From Methanocaldococcus jannaschii DSM 2661 (GTDB lineage: Archaea; AGJL01; Methanococci; Methanococcales; Methanocaldococcaceae), in contig NC_001732.1 in the NCBI RefSeq assembly GCF_000091665.1, positions 6,486 through 38,485 of the forward strand: DNA of 32,000 nucleotides, in the 5' to 3' direction. Shown here one piece after another: positions 18,648-28,864 of this stretch; position 1 is the stretch's first letter, and each line of letters starts with the position of its first letter. The notes below the pieces were generated by a model that ran no database searches, was not told the origin of the DNA, and saw only the letters and a list, made by a program, of their open reading frames with translations. Both the position numbers and the translations under genes were made by a program.

Positions 18648-21119
18648 TCATAATACTTGTTTGATTTTTTGTATTATTGAGTAGTTTTTAATTATATTGA
18701 AATCAAGGGCATAAACATGTCCTCTTTTACATCCTGATATTACAATATTGTCTTTGATGGACAAATCTAACACTGCACTTTCTGTTTTAAACTTCCATAT
18801 TTCCTCACCAGTGTTAATATCAAGAGCATAAAGATAATTATCACATCCTAATAATACAGCATCATTTTTAATAGACAAACCATTCACATCCCCATCTGTC
18901 TTAAATGCCCATAAATTCTCCCCTGCATTAATATCAAGAGCATAGACACATTCTCGATTACATCCCAATATTACAATATCATCTTTAATAGATAATCTTA
19001 ATACAGACCCTACTACCTTAAATCTTTCCATCTTCTCTCCTGTATTAATATCAAGAAGATAAACATAACCTCCCCTACATCCCAACAATACATTATCCTT
19101 TTTAATAGATAAACTCTTTACCTCTCCTTCTGCCTTAAACCTCCATAGTTCTCTACCAGTGTCAATATCAAGAGCGTAAAGATAATTATCACATCCAAAT
19201 AGCAAAATGTCATTTTTTATGGATAAATTCCGTATGGATTTTCCTGATTTTGCTTTAAACTCCCATAACATATTTCCTGCATTAATATCAAGGGCAAGTA
19301 TATATCCTTTTTTACATCCCAACACAACAATATCGTCTTTAATAGATAAACTCCTTACATCATGCTTTATCTTAGACCTCCATATTTCTCTTCCTGTATT
19401 AATATCAAGAGCATAAGCATACCCTTCCTCCAATATTTTTCCATTTTTCAACATGACAATGCTCTCAAATATATTTCCACATCCTAATACAACAATATCA
19501 TCTTTAATAGACAAACCCCATACTGTATCCTCTGCCTTGAATTCCCATAATTTCTTACCAGTTTTAATATCAATGGCATAAACATGTCCCGAAACACATC
19601 CTAATATTACAATATCACCTTTAATAGATAATAACCTTACACCCCCCTCTGCCCTAAACTCCCACAATAACTCATCTACTCTTTTAATCCCTAAAATATC
19701 CAATATAAACTTACCAACATTAATTGCTAACTCATCATTTGAGTTATTTACCAATTCAATTAACTTATTCATATAATAATTAAATACAGCCCTATTTTCA
19801 TTGAAAATGTTTTTAAATCTGCTGTATATTTCTTTATAGTTTGATGTGTTTAAATTATCTATCTCTTGTTTTAGGATTTTGTCAATTTTTTCTGGCCTCA
19901 TGTCATCTACATTATCTCCTTTAAATTTTGTAATTGTTAATACTTCTGTAAATCTTTCTTTGTATCGTATGTTAAATTCATCTTCAAACTCTACAACAAT
20001 ATCTATCGGTAGTTTTCCTTTAACTTTTGGATTTATAAAAAGGTTAATGACTTTTGTGTCTCTTCCTCTAATTTTTATCGGCTCTATGTCTTTAAATAAA
20101 ATATCTTCTTCGTTTATTATTGAAATTTTCGATATTGTTATATCTTTTAATGATTTGTTTGTTATTTGTATTGGTAGTTCATCCCATTCATTCAAATTAA
20201 GTGATTTTTTTAATAGGGTTAAATCTATCTTTACTATTTCTTTCATTATATTAGTTAGTTGTGGCCTAACTCTTTGTATTTTTGAATACAGGTTAGTATC
20301 AAGGGCATAGACACACCCCCACATGTCTGCCAATATAGTAACATCCCCACTTATCAATAAATCACTTACATGCCACTCTCCACCAAACTCTAATATTTTC
20401 TCACCTGTTTTAATATCAAGGACATAAAAATATTCACACCCATATTCATCCTCACATCTCAATATTATTTTATCATCTTTGATAGATAACTCCCATACAC
20501 ACCACTCTGCTTCAAACTCCCACAATTTACCTCCTGTCCTAACATCAATAGCATAAATGTATTTATCCCCATCACCCAATATAACAATATTATCTTTGAG
20601 AGAAAAACCCCACATACGCTCTCCTACCTTGGACTCCCATATTTTATCCCCAGTCATAACATCAAGAACGCAAACATGCCCACCTCTATATTCCAACATT
20701 ACAATATTATCTTTGATGAATAAACTATCTACATTGTGCTCTACTTTATATTCCCATATTTTATTCCCTGTCTTAATATCAAGGGCAAAAAGATGGTTAC
20801 TACACCCTAATATTATAATATTATCTTTGATATCTTTGATGGACAAATCCCATACACTCCCCCCTGCCTTAAACTCCCATATTATGCTATCTTTTAAAAT
20901 ACATAACATAAACTTATCAATTTCAAGTGATAACTCATTATCATCTAAATTTTTCATTAACTCAATTAATTTATCCACGTAATAATTAAATATATCTCTA
21001 TTTTTGCTAAAAACATTTTTAAATTTGTCATATATTTCTTTATAGTTTGATACGTTTAAATTATCTATCTCTTGTCTAATGTTTTCAACTCCATTGATTT
21101 TATTTTCTACAAAAACCAT
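18648..21119 (-). CDS. Large PQQ-like beta-propeller-repeat protein with internal duplication
   Basis: Many copies of SIKDNIVILGC..GYVYALDINTGEKLWEFKAE; the N-terminal domain NLNVSNYKEIYDKFKNVFSKNRDIFNYYVDKLIEL recurs mid-protein as NLNTSNYKEIYSRFKNIFNENRAVFNYYMNKLIEL. GGTGA ribosome-binding site gives ATG 21119. Confidence 0.85.
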   Translation of the reverse strand: MVFVENKINGVENIRQEIDNLNVSNYKEIYDKFKNVFSKNRDIFNYYVDKLIELMKNLDDNELSLEIDKFMLCILKDSIIWEFKAGGSVWDLSIKDIKDNIIILGCSNHLFALDIKTGNKIWEYKVEHNVDSLFIKDNIVMLEYRGGHVCVLDVMTGDKIWESKVGERMWGFSLKDNIVILGDGDKYIYAIDVRTGGKLWEFEAEWCVWELSIKDDKIILRCEDEYGCEYFYVLDIKTGEKILEFGGEWHVSDLLISGDVTILADMWGCVYALDTNLYSKIQRVRPQLTNIMKEIVKIDLTLLKKSLNLNEWDELPIQITNKSLKDITISKISIINEEDILFKDIEPIKIRGRDTKVINLFINPKVKGKLPIDIVVEFEDEFNIRYKERFTEVLTITKFKGDNVDDMRPEKIDKILKQEIDNLNTSNYKEIYSRFKNIFNENRAVFNYYMNKLIELVNNSNDELAINVGKFILDILGIKRVDELLWEFRAEGGVRLLSIKGDIVILGCVSGHVYAIDIKTGKKLWEFKAEDTVWGLSIKDDIVVLGCGNIFESIVMLKNGKILEEGYAYALDINTGREIWRSKIKHDVRSLSIKDDIVVLGCKKGYILALDINAGNMLWEFKAKSGKSIRNLSIKNDILLFGCDNYLYALDIDTGRELWRFKAEGEVKSLSIKKDNVLLGCRGGYVYLLDINTGEKMERFKVVGSVLRLSIKDDIVILGCNRECVYALDINAGENLWAFKTDGDVNGLSIKNDAVLLGCDNYLYALDINTGEEIWKFKTESAVLDLSIKDNIVISGCKRGHVYALDFNIIKNYSIIQKIKQVL

Positions 21120-21405
21120 TCTCATCACCAAAAAAACTTTTATTTATTTCAAAATTTTTCTAATAACACACCATTCAATTATCGAAATTAGATTAATAAT
21201 TCCATTACAAGTGTCTCTAACACTTCACCATATTTTTATTATAATTTCATTATACCTTAATAGCATATTAAATTCAATAACCCAACTTTAATTTTGCACT
21301 TATTAAGATTTGTAACATTATCAATGCCCCCTACCATAATTCCATAATGAGTTTTTGGAGGTTTCACTAAAAGAAGTAATCTACAGCATTCTTTAATTAT
21401 ATGTC

Positions 21406-21429
21406 TGAATTGACTTTAAAGTCCATTCA
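21406..21429. repeat. Palindromic element copy 3: TGAATTGACTTTAAAGTCCATTCA
   Basis: One mismatch from a perfect dyad. Confidence 0.8.
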
Positions 21430-21583
21430 TCCCTTAACATTCCTTATAAAGAAATACTCTATAAAAGTTTATTATTACATTATTGCATTAAACAGTTAAA
21501 CATATAACCAATAATTTAAATATGAAATAATGTAATGCCATAATACTGTAATAAAATAATAGAATATCTAATGGTGAGAGTTT

Positions 21584-22363
21584 ATGGTTGTAATTTCAAT
21601 TGCAAATCAAAAAGGGGGTGTTGGAAAAACAACAATAGCATTAAACCTATCATTTACACTTGCAGAAAAGGGGTATGATACTTTAGTAATCGATTTAGAC
21701 CCACAATTCAACTTATCCTTTGGAATTTTGGGAATGAAATTATTAGATTATGCTGATAAAAATATTGGAATACTATTATCAAAAAATTCTGTTAAGAAGA
21801 AAGAAATTGAAGAGTCTATTATAAAAATTAATGATAAGTTAGATTTAATCCCCTCCCACTTGCAGCTTTCTGCTGTAGAAAAAATGTTAGTTAATGCTTA
21901 TGCAAGGGAAATGAAGTTGAAAAATATCATTAACCAAATCAAAGAAAATTATGACTACATAATAATTGATAATGCCCCATCATTAGGACTATTTTTAATA
22001 AATTCATTAGTGGCATCTGATTATATTATCATCCCATGTGAGCCAAGTTATTTTAGTATTGCAGGAGTTCAACTAATGTTAGATACTGTTGAGGAAATAA
22101 AAGAATCAAACTTGAATCCAAAACTTAAAGTTTTAGGGTTTATTTTCAACAAGTACTCTAAACAATCAAAAATTCCACAAAAGAGGTTAGAACAGTTAAA
22201 ACAACTCTATCCTAACATTCCAGTAATTGGAGTAATTCCAAGAACTATTACTGTTGAAAAGGCAGAACGTGAGGGAAAACCTGTGTTTAAATTTGATGCT
22301 AATAATCCTGCAAGTGTTGCATTCTCAGAACTTGCTGAGTGGGTGATAGAAAATGTCAAATGA
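21584..22363 (+). CDS. parA: ParA/Soj-type partition ATPase
   Basis: MVVISIANQKGGVGKTTIALNLSFTLAEKGYDTLVIDLDPQFNLS (deviant Walker A), NAPSLG, GGTGA ribosome-binding site. Confidence 0.93.
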   Translation: MVVISIANQKGGVGKTTIALNLSFTLAEKGYDTLVIDLDPQFNLSFGILGMKLLDYADKNIGILLSKNSVKKKEIEESIIKINDKLDLIPSHLQLSAVEKMLVNAYAREMKLKNIINQIKENYDYIIIDNAPSLGLFLINSLVASDYIIIPCEPSYFSIAGVQLMLDTVEEIKESNLNPKLKVLGFIFNKYSKQSKIPQKRLEQLKQLYPNIPVIGVIPRTITVEKAEREGKPVFKFDANNPASVAFSELAEWVIENVK

Positions 22364-22685
22364 TGATTTGAATGCATTAAAAAAATTAAAAGAAATTAGT
22401 TCTGGGACAGTAAAACAGATAACTTCACTACCAAAAAAAGAACCACAAGAAGAAAAAATGTCAAAAACTCTAAGGATAAAAAACACTACTCATGAAAAAA
22501 TTATTGAAATGTATGGGAAAAAAGTTGGTAGCCAAGGAGAAGTTGTAGATAAGGGTGTTGCAGTCCTCTATGCATTATGGAAAATACTTCCAGAAGAACA
22601 ATTTAAAAGGGTTGTTAAACTGGCTGAAGAAGATAGGTTTGAAGAATTTGCTGATAGGTTGGGTATTGAAATAAAAGAAGAATAA
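22353..22685 (+). CDS. Small protein translationally coupled to parA; probable partition partner
   Basis: 110 aa, overlaps parA by 11 nt; basic N-terminal half and helical C-terminus. Confidence 0.65.
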   Translation: MSNDDLNALKKLKEISSGTVKQITSLPKKEPQEEKMSKTLRIKNTTHEKIIEMYGKKVGSQGEVVDKGVAVLYALWKILPEEQFKRVVKLAEEDRFEEFADRLGIEIKEE

Positions 22686-22689
22686 ATAA

Positions 22690-23709
22690 TTATTGCATTG
22701 CATTTATAATCTCCTTTATAGCATGCCATTCGATAATAGATGTCGGTTTGATTATTCCATTTATCACATCATAAAACAATATTTCATTCTCAATTAGGAA
22801 TTTTAAATATTTCATTTCCTCTTTTTTAACTTCCTTATCATAGGAGATTTTTATCTTGTCCTTGAATTTAGATAAAACATTATAAAGCCCCTCCTCATCT
22901 AAATCGGTTGTATCTATAAGGTATTTTAGCCCATCTTTTTCAACATTAATCCACTGTTTTATAGTTTGTTCAACAGATAAACCTAACTTCTTATTATTTA
23001 TCAGTTGAGAAATCTCATAAGGCAATGATAAATAGTCTAAAGCATAATTAATCTCTTCTTCGCTAAAACCTTCTTCTTTTAAAATATTCCTTATAGTTCC
23101 TTTTCTTAACCAGTCAATTAAATAATACTCAGAGGCATTTTTTAATGTTGAATTCCTATAGATTTCATCAATAAATAATGTATCAGAAGTTAAGCATATA
23201 ACATGGCATAAATGTTCCATTTTAGTTAGAGAGACGAATAAGTTAAACAATTCGTTTAATAATGACTTTCCTCCATTAAAATAAATATTCTTCAACTTTT
23301 GTAACTCATCAATTATTAAAACTGGCTTTTTTCCTTCTTCAACAACTGCGTTAATACTCTCATTTATCTTAGCAAAGACATCATTTAGGCATAAGTTATT
23401 AAAGTCAAAATTCTCTTCAATTCCAAACTTACAAACTCCCAAGTTAAGTTCTAACTTATTTAATAGATATTTTTTATCCGACTTTTCAAAAAATACTCTT
23501 AAAAACTCATCCCTTGTTGGTGTTGCATATTTTCTTAAATTATAATAGAAAAACACTATATTACTGTTTTCTAACTCCTTAATAACTCTCCTCATTACCG
23601 TAGATTTACCAGATGATTTAGGACCATAAACAAAAAGGATAGAATTAGGTTCTAACTGACAGTAGGTTTTTAGATAGTTGAGTTCTTTCTCTCTATCATA
23701 GAATTTCAT
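22690..23709 (-). CDS. Archaeal-type AAA ATPase paralogue
   Basis: MKFYDREKELNYLKTYCQLEPNSILFVYGPKSSGKSTVMRR; LIIDELQKLKNIYFNGG; GGGTGAAATT ribosome-binding site before ATG 23709. Confidence 0.9.
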   Translation of the reverse strand: MKFYDREKELNYLKTYCQLEPNSILFVYGPKSSGKSTVMRRVIKELENSNIVFFYYNLRKYATPTRDEFLRVFFEKSDKKYLLNKLELNLGVCKFGIEENFDFNNLCLNDVFAKINESINAVVEEGKKPVLIIDELQKLKNIYFNGGKSLLNELFNLFVSLTKMEHLCHVICLTSDTLFIDEIYRNSTLKNASEYYLIDWLRKGTIRNILKEEGFSEEEINYALDYLSLPYEISQLINNKKLGLSVEQTIKQWINVEKDGLKYLIDTTDLDEEGLYNVLSKFKDKIKISYDKEVKKEEMKYLKFLIENEILFYDVINGIIKPTSIIEWHAIKEIINAMQ

Positions 23710-24036
23710 AATTTCACCCAAATAAACTCTTTATTTTAATTAAAAATATTATTTTAGAGTATTTAAAAGTTGAACATGCCATATTACATTAGCTGTGAAT
23801 CTAAAGTTGAAAATTAACCTTTACTGTCTTTATGACATCATAACCACACTACCTATTGTATTATTTTATTACATCATAATTTAATTGCATTATAACATAA
23901 TAACATTATTCCATAATTCTTTATACAATAATTATTTAACAATGGCATTAAACAATTACTTAAAAATTTAAATACACAAAACAACATTGCAATATTGCAA
24001 TAATAAAATAATTCATTAACTAAAAATAATAAAGTG

Positions 24037-24062
24037 GTGAATTGACTTTGAAGTCAATTCAC
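24037..24062. repeat. Palindromic element copy 4: GTGAATTGACTTTGAAGTCAATTCAC
   Basis: Perfect 12-bp arms with 2-nt centre. Confidence 0.9.
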
Positions 24063-24082
24063 AGTTATAGATAAATAATGAC

Positions 24083-24550
24083 CTAAAGCTTCTCCAAATC
24101 CAATGGAACATATTTTACAATATAAGCCTTATTTACAATAACAACATCTCCCTTTCCAACATCAACCAAGACAGTATAAGGGTCCTTACAACAGCATTTG
24201 CCCTCCAACACTTCACCATTAGCCAAATGCAACCTAACCTTATGATTATGGCAAAAGAATAAAACATAATCTTTTCTCTCTTGAGTACTAACACACGTTT
24301 CCCTAACCCTCTTTGGCTGCTTTTTACCTTTGCCCTGTTTTTTCTGGCCAGTTTGTTTTTTACCATTATTTTTAGATTTTTGACTTTCCAACTTTTTAAG
24401 CTCTTTTTCAATCTCTTCTAAATGCTTACTTTTAACGTGTTTCCTAACAACCTTAGCATCAGCATTAGTATAATCACAAAAAGGACATTTATAAAAACCA
24501 ATATCATTCTTTTGAAGCTCTAACTTCTCAACATACTCATCAACATTCAC
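24083..24550 (-). CDS. C2H2 zinc finger - basic linker - Sm/Hfq-like domain protein
   Basis: YKCPFCDYTNADAKVVRKHVKSKH; KKQTGQKKQGKGKKQPKR; DYVLFFCHNHKVRLHLANGEVLEGKCCCKDPYTVLVDVGKGDVVIVNKAYIVKYVPL. GGTGAGATT precedes GTG 24550. Confidence 0.7.
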   Translation of the reverse strand: MNVDEYVEKLELQKNDIGFYKCPFCDYTNADAKVVRKHVKSKHLEEIEKELKKLESQKSKNNGKKQTGQKKQGKGKKQPKRVRETCVSTQERKDYVLFFCHNHKVRLHLANGEVLEGKCCCKDPYTVLVDVGKGDVVIVNKAYIVKYVPLDLEKL

Positions 24551-25045
24551 AATCTCACCTAGAATATCCAAAATTTGAAAAATAGCAAAATGTCAAATGC
24601 AATGTATTCCCCCATACTATCAATATGTAAAGTAATCCATATTTAAAACTATCCTAAGCCTAGTAACAAACACAAAGAATGCAAATAAAAAGAAAAGATG
24701 AAAAATGTGACATTTAGCACATTAAATGCCATTGTTATAAAATAAACAAAGACAAAACTTTCCTCCCTAGCAATTTTGAGTTAAGAGAGACAACCAACCT
24801 GCAGCAATTTTTGAGAATTTTAGTAAAGGGAATTATCCCTTACATAATACACGCAAAAAGTGCAATCTTGTTGCGGAAATTCATTCTTACTTTTAAATTT
24901 ATTATCTATTTGTTTGCATAAGATTTAAATGTATTGTTATATCTATTAATTTTTGCTAATGTTTATTAATAAAATATTTAAATATATTGATTAATATTAT
25001 AAAACTCTTAAAATTCATCATCACTTTTTTGTATTGTTGTTTTAA

Positions 25046-28000
25046 TTAGGTAATCCGCAGCAATCCAGGTTTTGGCTCGTATATTACCCCCAACTTTTTC
25101 AACTTTTCTAATGCTTTATAGAATACTTCTTCAACAAACTTCAATTTTTCAACAATTAGTTCATATAATTCCATTTCTAATATTTCCCCTCCATTTTCTT
25201 CAATTTTCTTTTCAATAACTTTTTCACACTTTTCAACACTGTTAGAGTTAATATTTTGTTTTATAATCTCATATAGCGTTTTAAACTCTTTGTTAAGTTC
25301 TTTTATTTCAACTACTGCATTTTCCCCCAGTTTTTTTACTCCTCTAATTACACAATTAAATATTGCTCTTATCAATCTTCTAACTTCATCCAAGGTTAGA
25401 GTGAATCCACATTCTTCTTTTATAACCTCTATTAATTCTCTAATTTTGAATTTTTGTCTTTCAATGGCAAAATCTCTAACTTTTATTAACACTTTTGCAA
25501 CTAATGACCTTAACCCTAACTTTCTCCTATCTAATCTCTCATCATCTTCTCCTACTACAATATTCCATACTGCTCTTATAATCCTTTGAATCTTACCCCA
25601 TTTTGATGGAGGGCATAAGAATGTTTTTAGAATTAGCTCTTCTATAATTCTTGCCAATGTTGAGAGTTTATCCTTATGTTCCTCTAACAATTTCAAATCA
25701 ATATGGTAAATTTTCTTTGTTTTTCTATCTTCATTTTCATTAATTTCTTTAACAATTTTCTTATACTCGTTAATTTCTTCTAAGCATTTTTTAATAGTAT
25801 TTTCATCTAAGTTCGATTTTTTATCATCATCTTTTCCTTTATTCAACATTAGGTTATACACTTCTATAACTTCTGGAATATTATAAACATCTTTTAACAC
25901 GTTTATACTCCTGTTAATCCTTTTTGAGTGTTTTTTTATTAATTGTGGAGTGTATTCATCCCTACAATCTTTAAATTTCTTATAATTATTATATTCCAAG
26001 GCATTTTTGATTTCATTCACTCCATATTCTTTAAATGCAATAATTATATGTTTTGCACTAACTTTTTCAAGATATTCGAGATAATTATATTTTAAGAACT
26101 TATCCAGCTTACTTTCTTTTAACTCTTTTATTGTTTTAATTGCAAACTCATAGCCAGTAGTTTTTTCTAAATACTCTTTTAGTAATTTATAATCTCTTGT
26201 AATATGGGCCTCTAATAGACTATTATAAATGTGTGCTATTTCATCTTCATCTAAAACCCAATCCTTCTTTTCCTCATCATAATATATTGCATTTTGAATT
26301 TGAGAAATCAACACTTTCTTATAATTTTTATCCAATTCTTTTAAAACTTCAATATCCGTTTCTAAATACTCTTTTAATAGTTTATAATTTTCCTTAAACA
26401 TTTCAATCATTGCATTATAATCAATAATCATTGGCTCTTCTTCTCTTTCTTTAAAAGGTGCTGTGACAATTAACTCTCCCCCACCATTCCTACATCTGGC
26501 AATAAACTGTCTAATGGTGGTAGCACTCTTACAATACAATGCCCATACCAAATCAACATGATTTTTAATATTAACTCCCTCAGAAATGACTCTTGTGGCT
26601 AAAATTAACCCCTCTTCTGGTACTTTTTCTTCATTAATAATCATTTTACTTGCCTTGTCAATTCCAACAGTCTCTCTTGTTATAACGTAAATTGGCTTGT
26701 TAAAACCATACAATTCTAAAGTATATTTTATATTCTCAATCATTTTCTTATTATCAACTAAAACTACAGCATTTTTTATCCATCCCTGTCTAAACATTAG
26801 TAGGATGTATTCACAAAACTCTCCAATAATATTTTTTGCAATATGGATAGAACATCTTTCAAATAATTTTTTCTCATCTTTAAATTCCACTTCTATAACT
26901 GGATAGTTATTCAAATTAATTAACTCTGGAGTTGCAGTTAGTAAGACACAACCTCCAGCCCTGTCTATACACTTTTTTACCCCTGTTATTGCCCTTTTTC
27001 TAAACTCTTTTTGGATTACTAAATCATGTGCTTCATCTATTGCCAATAGAATATCCTCTTCATTAGCAACTTGAATTTTCTCCCCTTTATAAGTGTCATA
27101 ACATAAATCATTAAGCATATTTTCAACTTGGTCGTAGGTCCCAATGGTCAAATAATGAATAGTATTCTTATCCAATTTTTTCCCATCTTCATAATACATT
27201 GGAACTACTACTCCATCAGCGTGTAATCCTGCCCCTACTTGTAAAACTTGTATTTTATATGGGAATGCCACTGCTATAGCATGTTTTTTAAATACCTCTT
27301 TAATTTCTCTTGTATTTCTTGTTAGAGTATAAGTTTTCCCCCTTCCAGTGTCTGCTTTAAGAAATACTGGAACTCCTTGTTCAATAGATAATTGGTATGC
27401 TTTTATTATAGCCTCTTTTGGTAAGTATCCTTCTGCTTCTATCTTTATTGTTTCTCTATCGAGTAGTTCATTCATTATCTCTCTAACAGTCCTATAAGTG
27501 GATGGCTTTGGATTAATATTGTGTAATTTTAAAAATTCTATTATTTTATCCCTAAATTCTTTAATCATCCATAATCCTGCTAATGCAATAAATCTCATAT
27601 TTGGATCGTGGAAATCTACCATTACTGCATTATATCCCTCATTAATGTAAATAGAACAGTCAGGATTTTTCCCATCATCAAAGAATAAACTCCATAAGTC
27701 TAATCTGGTTCCATTTTTACCATATTTATAATCAATTCCCAAGTAGGAGAGGAGTTTTTCAATCCATCTTTTACCCAATTTTTTAGTTAATTTATCTTGT
27801 ATAGTATATAACCATTTGTAAATTCTTTTATTTATATCTTGCAATATAGTTTTATTAAGATTTGGTTTTTTTATTAATCTATTAATTGTTGTGGTAATGT
27901 TGTTTAATCCTCGCTTATTGTATAATTCTTCTCTTTTTTCATTGAATAATACTTCAAATTCTTTATAATTTTCAATAATTCCAAACTTCTCATACAATAT

Positions 28001-28864
28001 TATTGGAGTTAACAATTTTTCAATATCTTCTTCATCTGTCAACTGGGCTATTGTAACACATGGTCTTGGACTACCATATTTTTCCTTATAATTGTAAGTT
28101 CCTACCAGCCTATCAACTCTTGCCAAATCATACATTGCAATATCTGCCCCTAAATCTTCAGCAATCATTCTTAGTAGTATTAATTCTTCTTCTAAAATAG
28201 GTCTTTCAGGATATAATATGAATCTTAATCCTCCCCCAGTAAATGCCACTTTATGTGGAAGTATATCCTTCTCTACGAATTTTGATAAATATTTAATCAA
28301 TTTTTCCATAATTTCTTCTTCTGTAGGCATTTTGTTTGTCTTCCACTCTTCAACGTCAAAATCAAATGCAATATAACTCCAAGCAGTGGCAGCTCCCGCA
28401 TCCCCTCTTTTTTCCTTTCTTGGGGCAATTCCGACATAAACCCCATCTAATCTTCTTTTCTTTTGTTTTTTAATATACTCATACTGTTTTTTTATTAATT
28501 TTATGATTTCTTCAGTTTTTTCTAAAATATTATCAACGTGTAAATCTGAAATATCTATGAAAAATTGTTTTTTACCCTTAAATTTTCCTAAAAATCTAAT
28601 TTCTAAATACTTAAACTGTTTTACTAATTTTTTCAAAATTTTTTCTAAATGAGTTTCTCCAAGATATACTGAAAATTCTTCTTTATGTTTGACAATCAAA
28701 AATAGCAACTGTGCAATGTGTAATTTTAAATCAGATTCTAAAATATCATCTGAGATATTGTAAATTCCACTAACATTTATTTGATACTTATCAAAAATAG
28801 CTTTTACAGTTTGATCATCCCAATACCGCAAACTTTTTATACTATTAGATAGTATATTATTCAT
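25046..28864 (-). CDS. Primase-like (AEP) + SF2 helicase fusion; candidate plasmid replication protein
   Basis: N-terminal YIAFDFDVEEW, KVAFTGGGLRFILYP, DLARVDRLVGTYNYKEK; central FLKADTGRGKTYTLTR, LLAIDEAHD, VLLTATPE, LATRVISEGVNI, TIRQFIARCRNGGG. GGTGA ribosome-binding site. Confidence 0.8.
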   Translation of the reverse strand: MNNILSNSIKSLRYWDDQTVKAIFDKYQINVSGIYNISDDILESDLKLHIAQLLFLIVKHKEEFSVYLGETHLEKILKKLVKQFKYLEIRFLGKFKGKKQFFIDISDLHVDNILEKTEEIIKLIKKQYEYIKKQKKRRLDGVYVGIAPRKEKRGDAGAATAWSYIAFDFDVEEWKTNKMPTEEEIMEKLIKYLSKFVEKDILPHKVAFTGGGLRFILYPERPILEEELILLRMIAEDLGADIAMYDLARVDRLVGTYNYKEKYGSPRPCVTIAQLTDEEDIEKLLTPIILYEKFGIIENYKEFEVLFNEKREELYNKRGLNNITTTINRLIKKPNLNKTILQDINKRIYKWLYTIQDKLTKKLGKRWIEKLLSYLGIDYKYGKNGTRLDLWSLFFDDGKNPDCSIYINEGYNAVMVDFHDPNMRFIALAGLWMIKEFRDKIIEFLKLHNINPKPSTYRTVREIMNELLDRETIKIEAEGYLPKEAIIKAYQLSIEQGVPVFLKADTGRGKTYTLTRNTREIKEVFKKHAIAVAFPYKIQVLQVGAGLHADGVVVPMYYEDGKKLDKNTIHYLTIGTYDQVENMLNDLCYDTYKGEKIQVANEEDILLAIDEAHDLVIQKEFRKRAITGVKKCIDRAGGCVLLTATPELINLNNYPVIEVEFKDEKKLFERCSIHIAKNIIGEFCEYILLMFRQGWIKNAVVLVDNKKMIENIKYTLELYGFNKPIYVITRETVGIDKASKMIINEEKVPEEGLILATRVISEGVNIKNHVDLVWALYCKSATTIRQFIARCRNGGGELIVTAPFKEREEEPMIIDYNAMIEMFKENYKLLKEYLETDIEVLKELDKNYKKVLISQIQNAIYYDEEKKDWVLDEDEIAHIYNSLLEAHITRDYKLLKEYLEKTTGYEFAIKTIKELKESKLDKFLKYNYLEYLEKVSAKHIIIAFKEYGVNEIKNALEYNNYKKFKDCRDEYTPQLIKKHSKRINRSINVLKDVYNIPEVIEVYNLMLNKGKDDDKKSNLDENTIKKCLEEINEYKKIVKEINENEDRKTKKIYHIDLKLLEEHKDKLSTLARIIEELILKTFLCPPSKWGKIQRIIRAVWNIVVGEDDERLDRRKLGLRSLVAKVLIKVRDFAIERQKFKIRELIEVIKEECGFTLTLDEVRRLIRAIFNCVIRGVKKLGENAVVEIKELNKEFKTLYEIIKQNINSNSVEKCEKVIEKKIEENGGEILEMELYELIVEKLKFVEEVFYKALEKLKKLGVIYEPKPGLLRIT

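Noticed and set aside
19207-20982. Several plus-strand ORFs antisense to the beta-propeller gene
   Set aside because: Antisense readings of a repetitive coding sequence; the minus-strand gene explains them.
25290-26906. Plus-strand ORFs within the primase-helicase gene
   Set aside because: Antisense of a strongly supported 1272-aa CDS.
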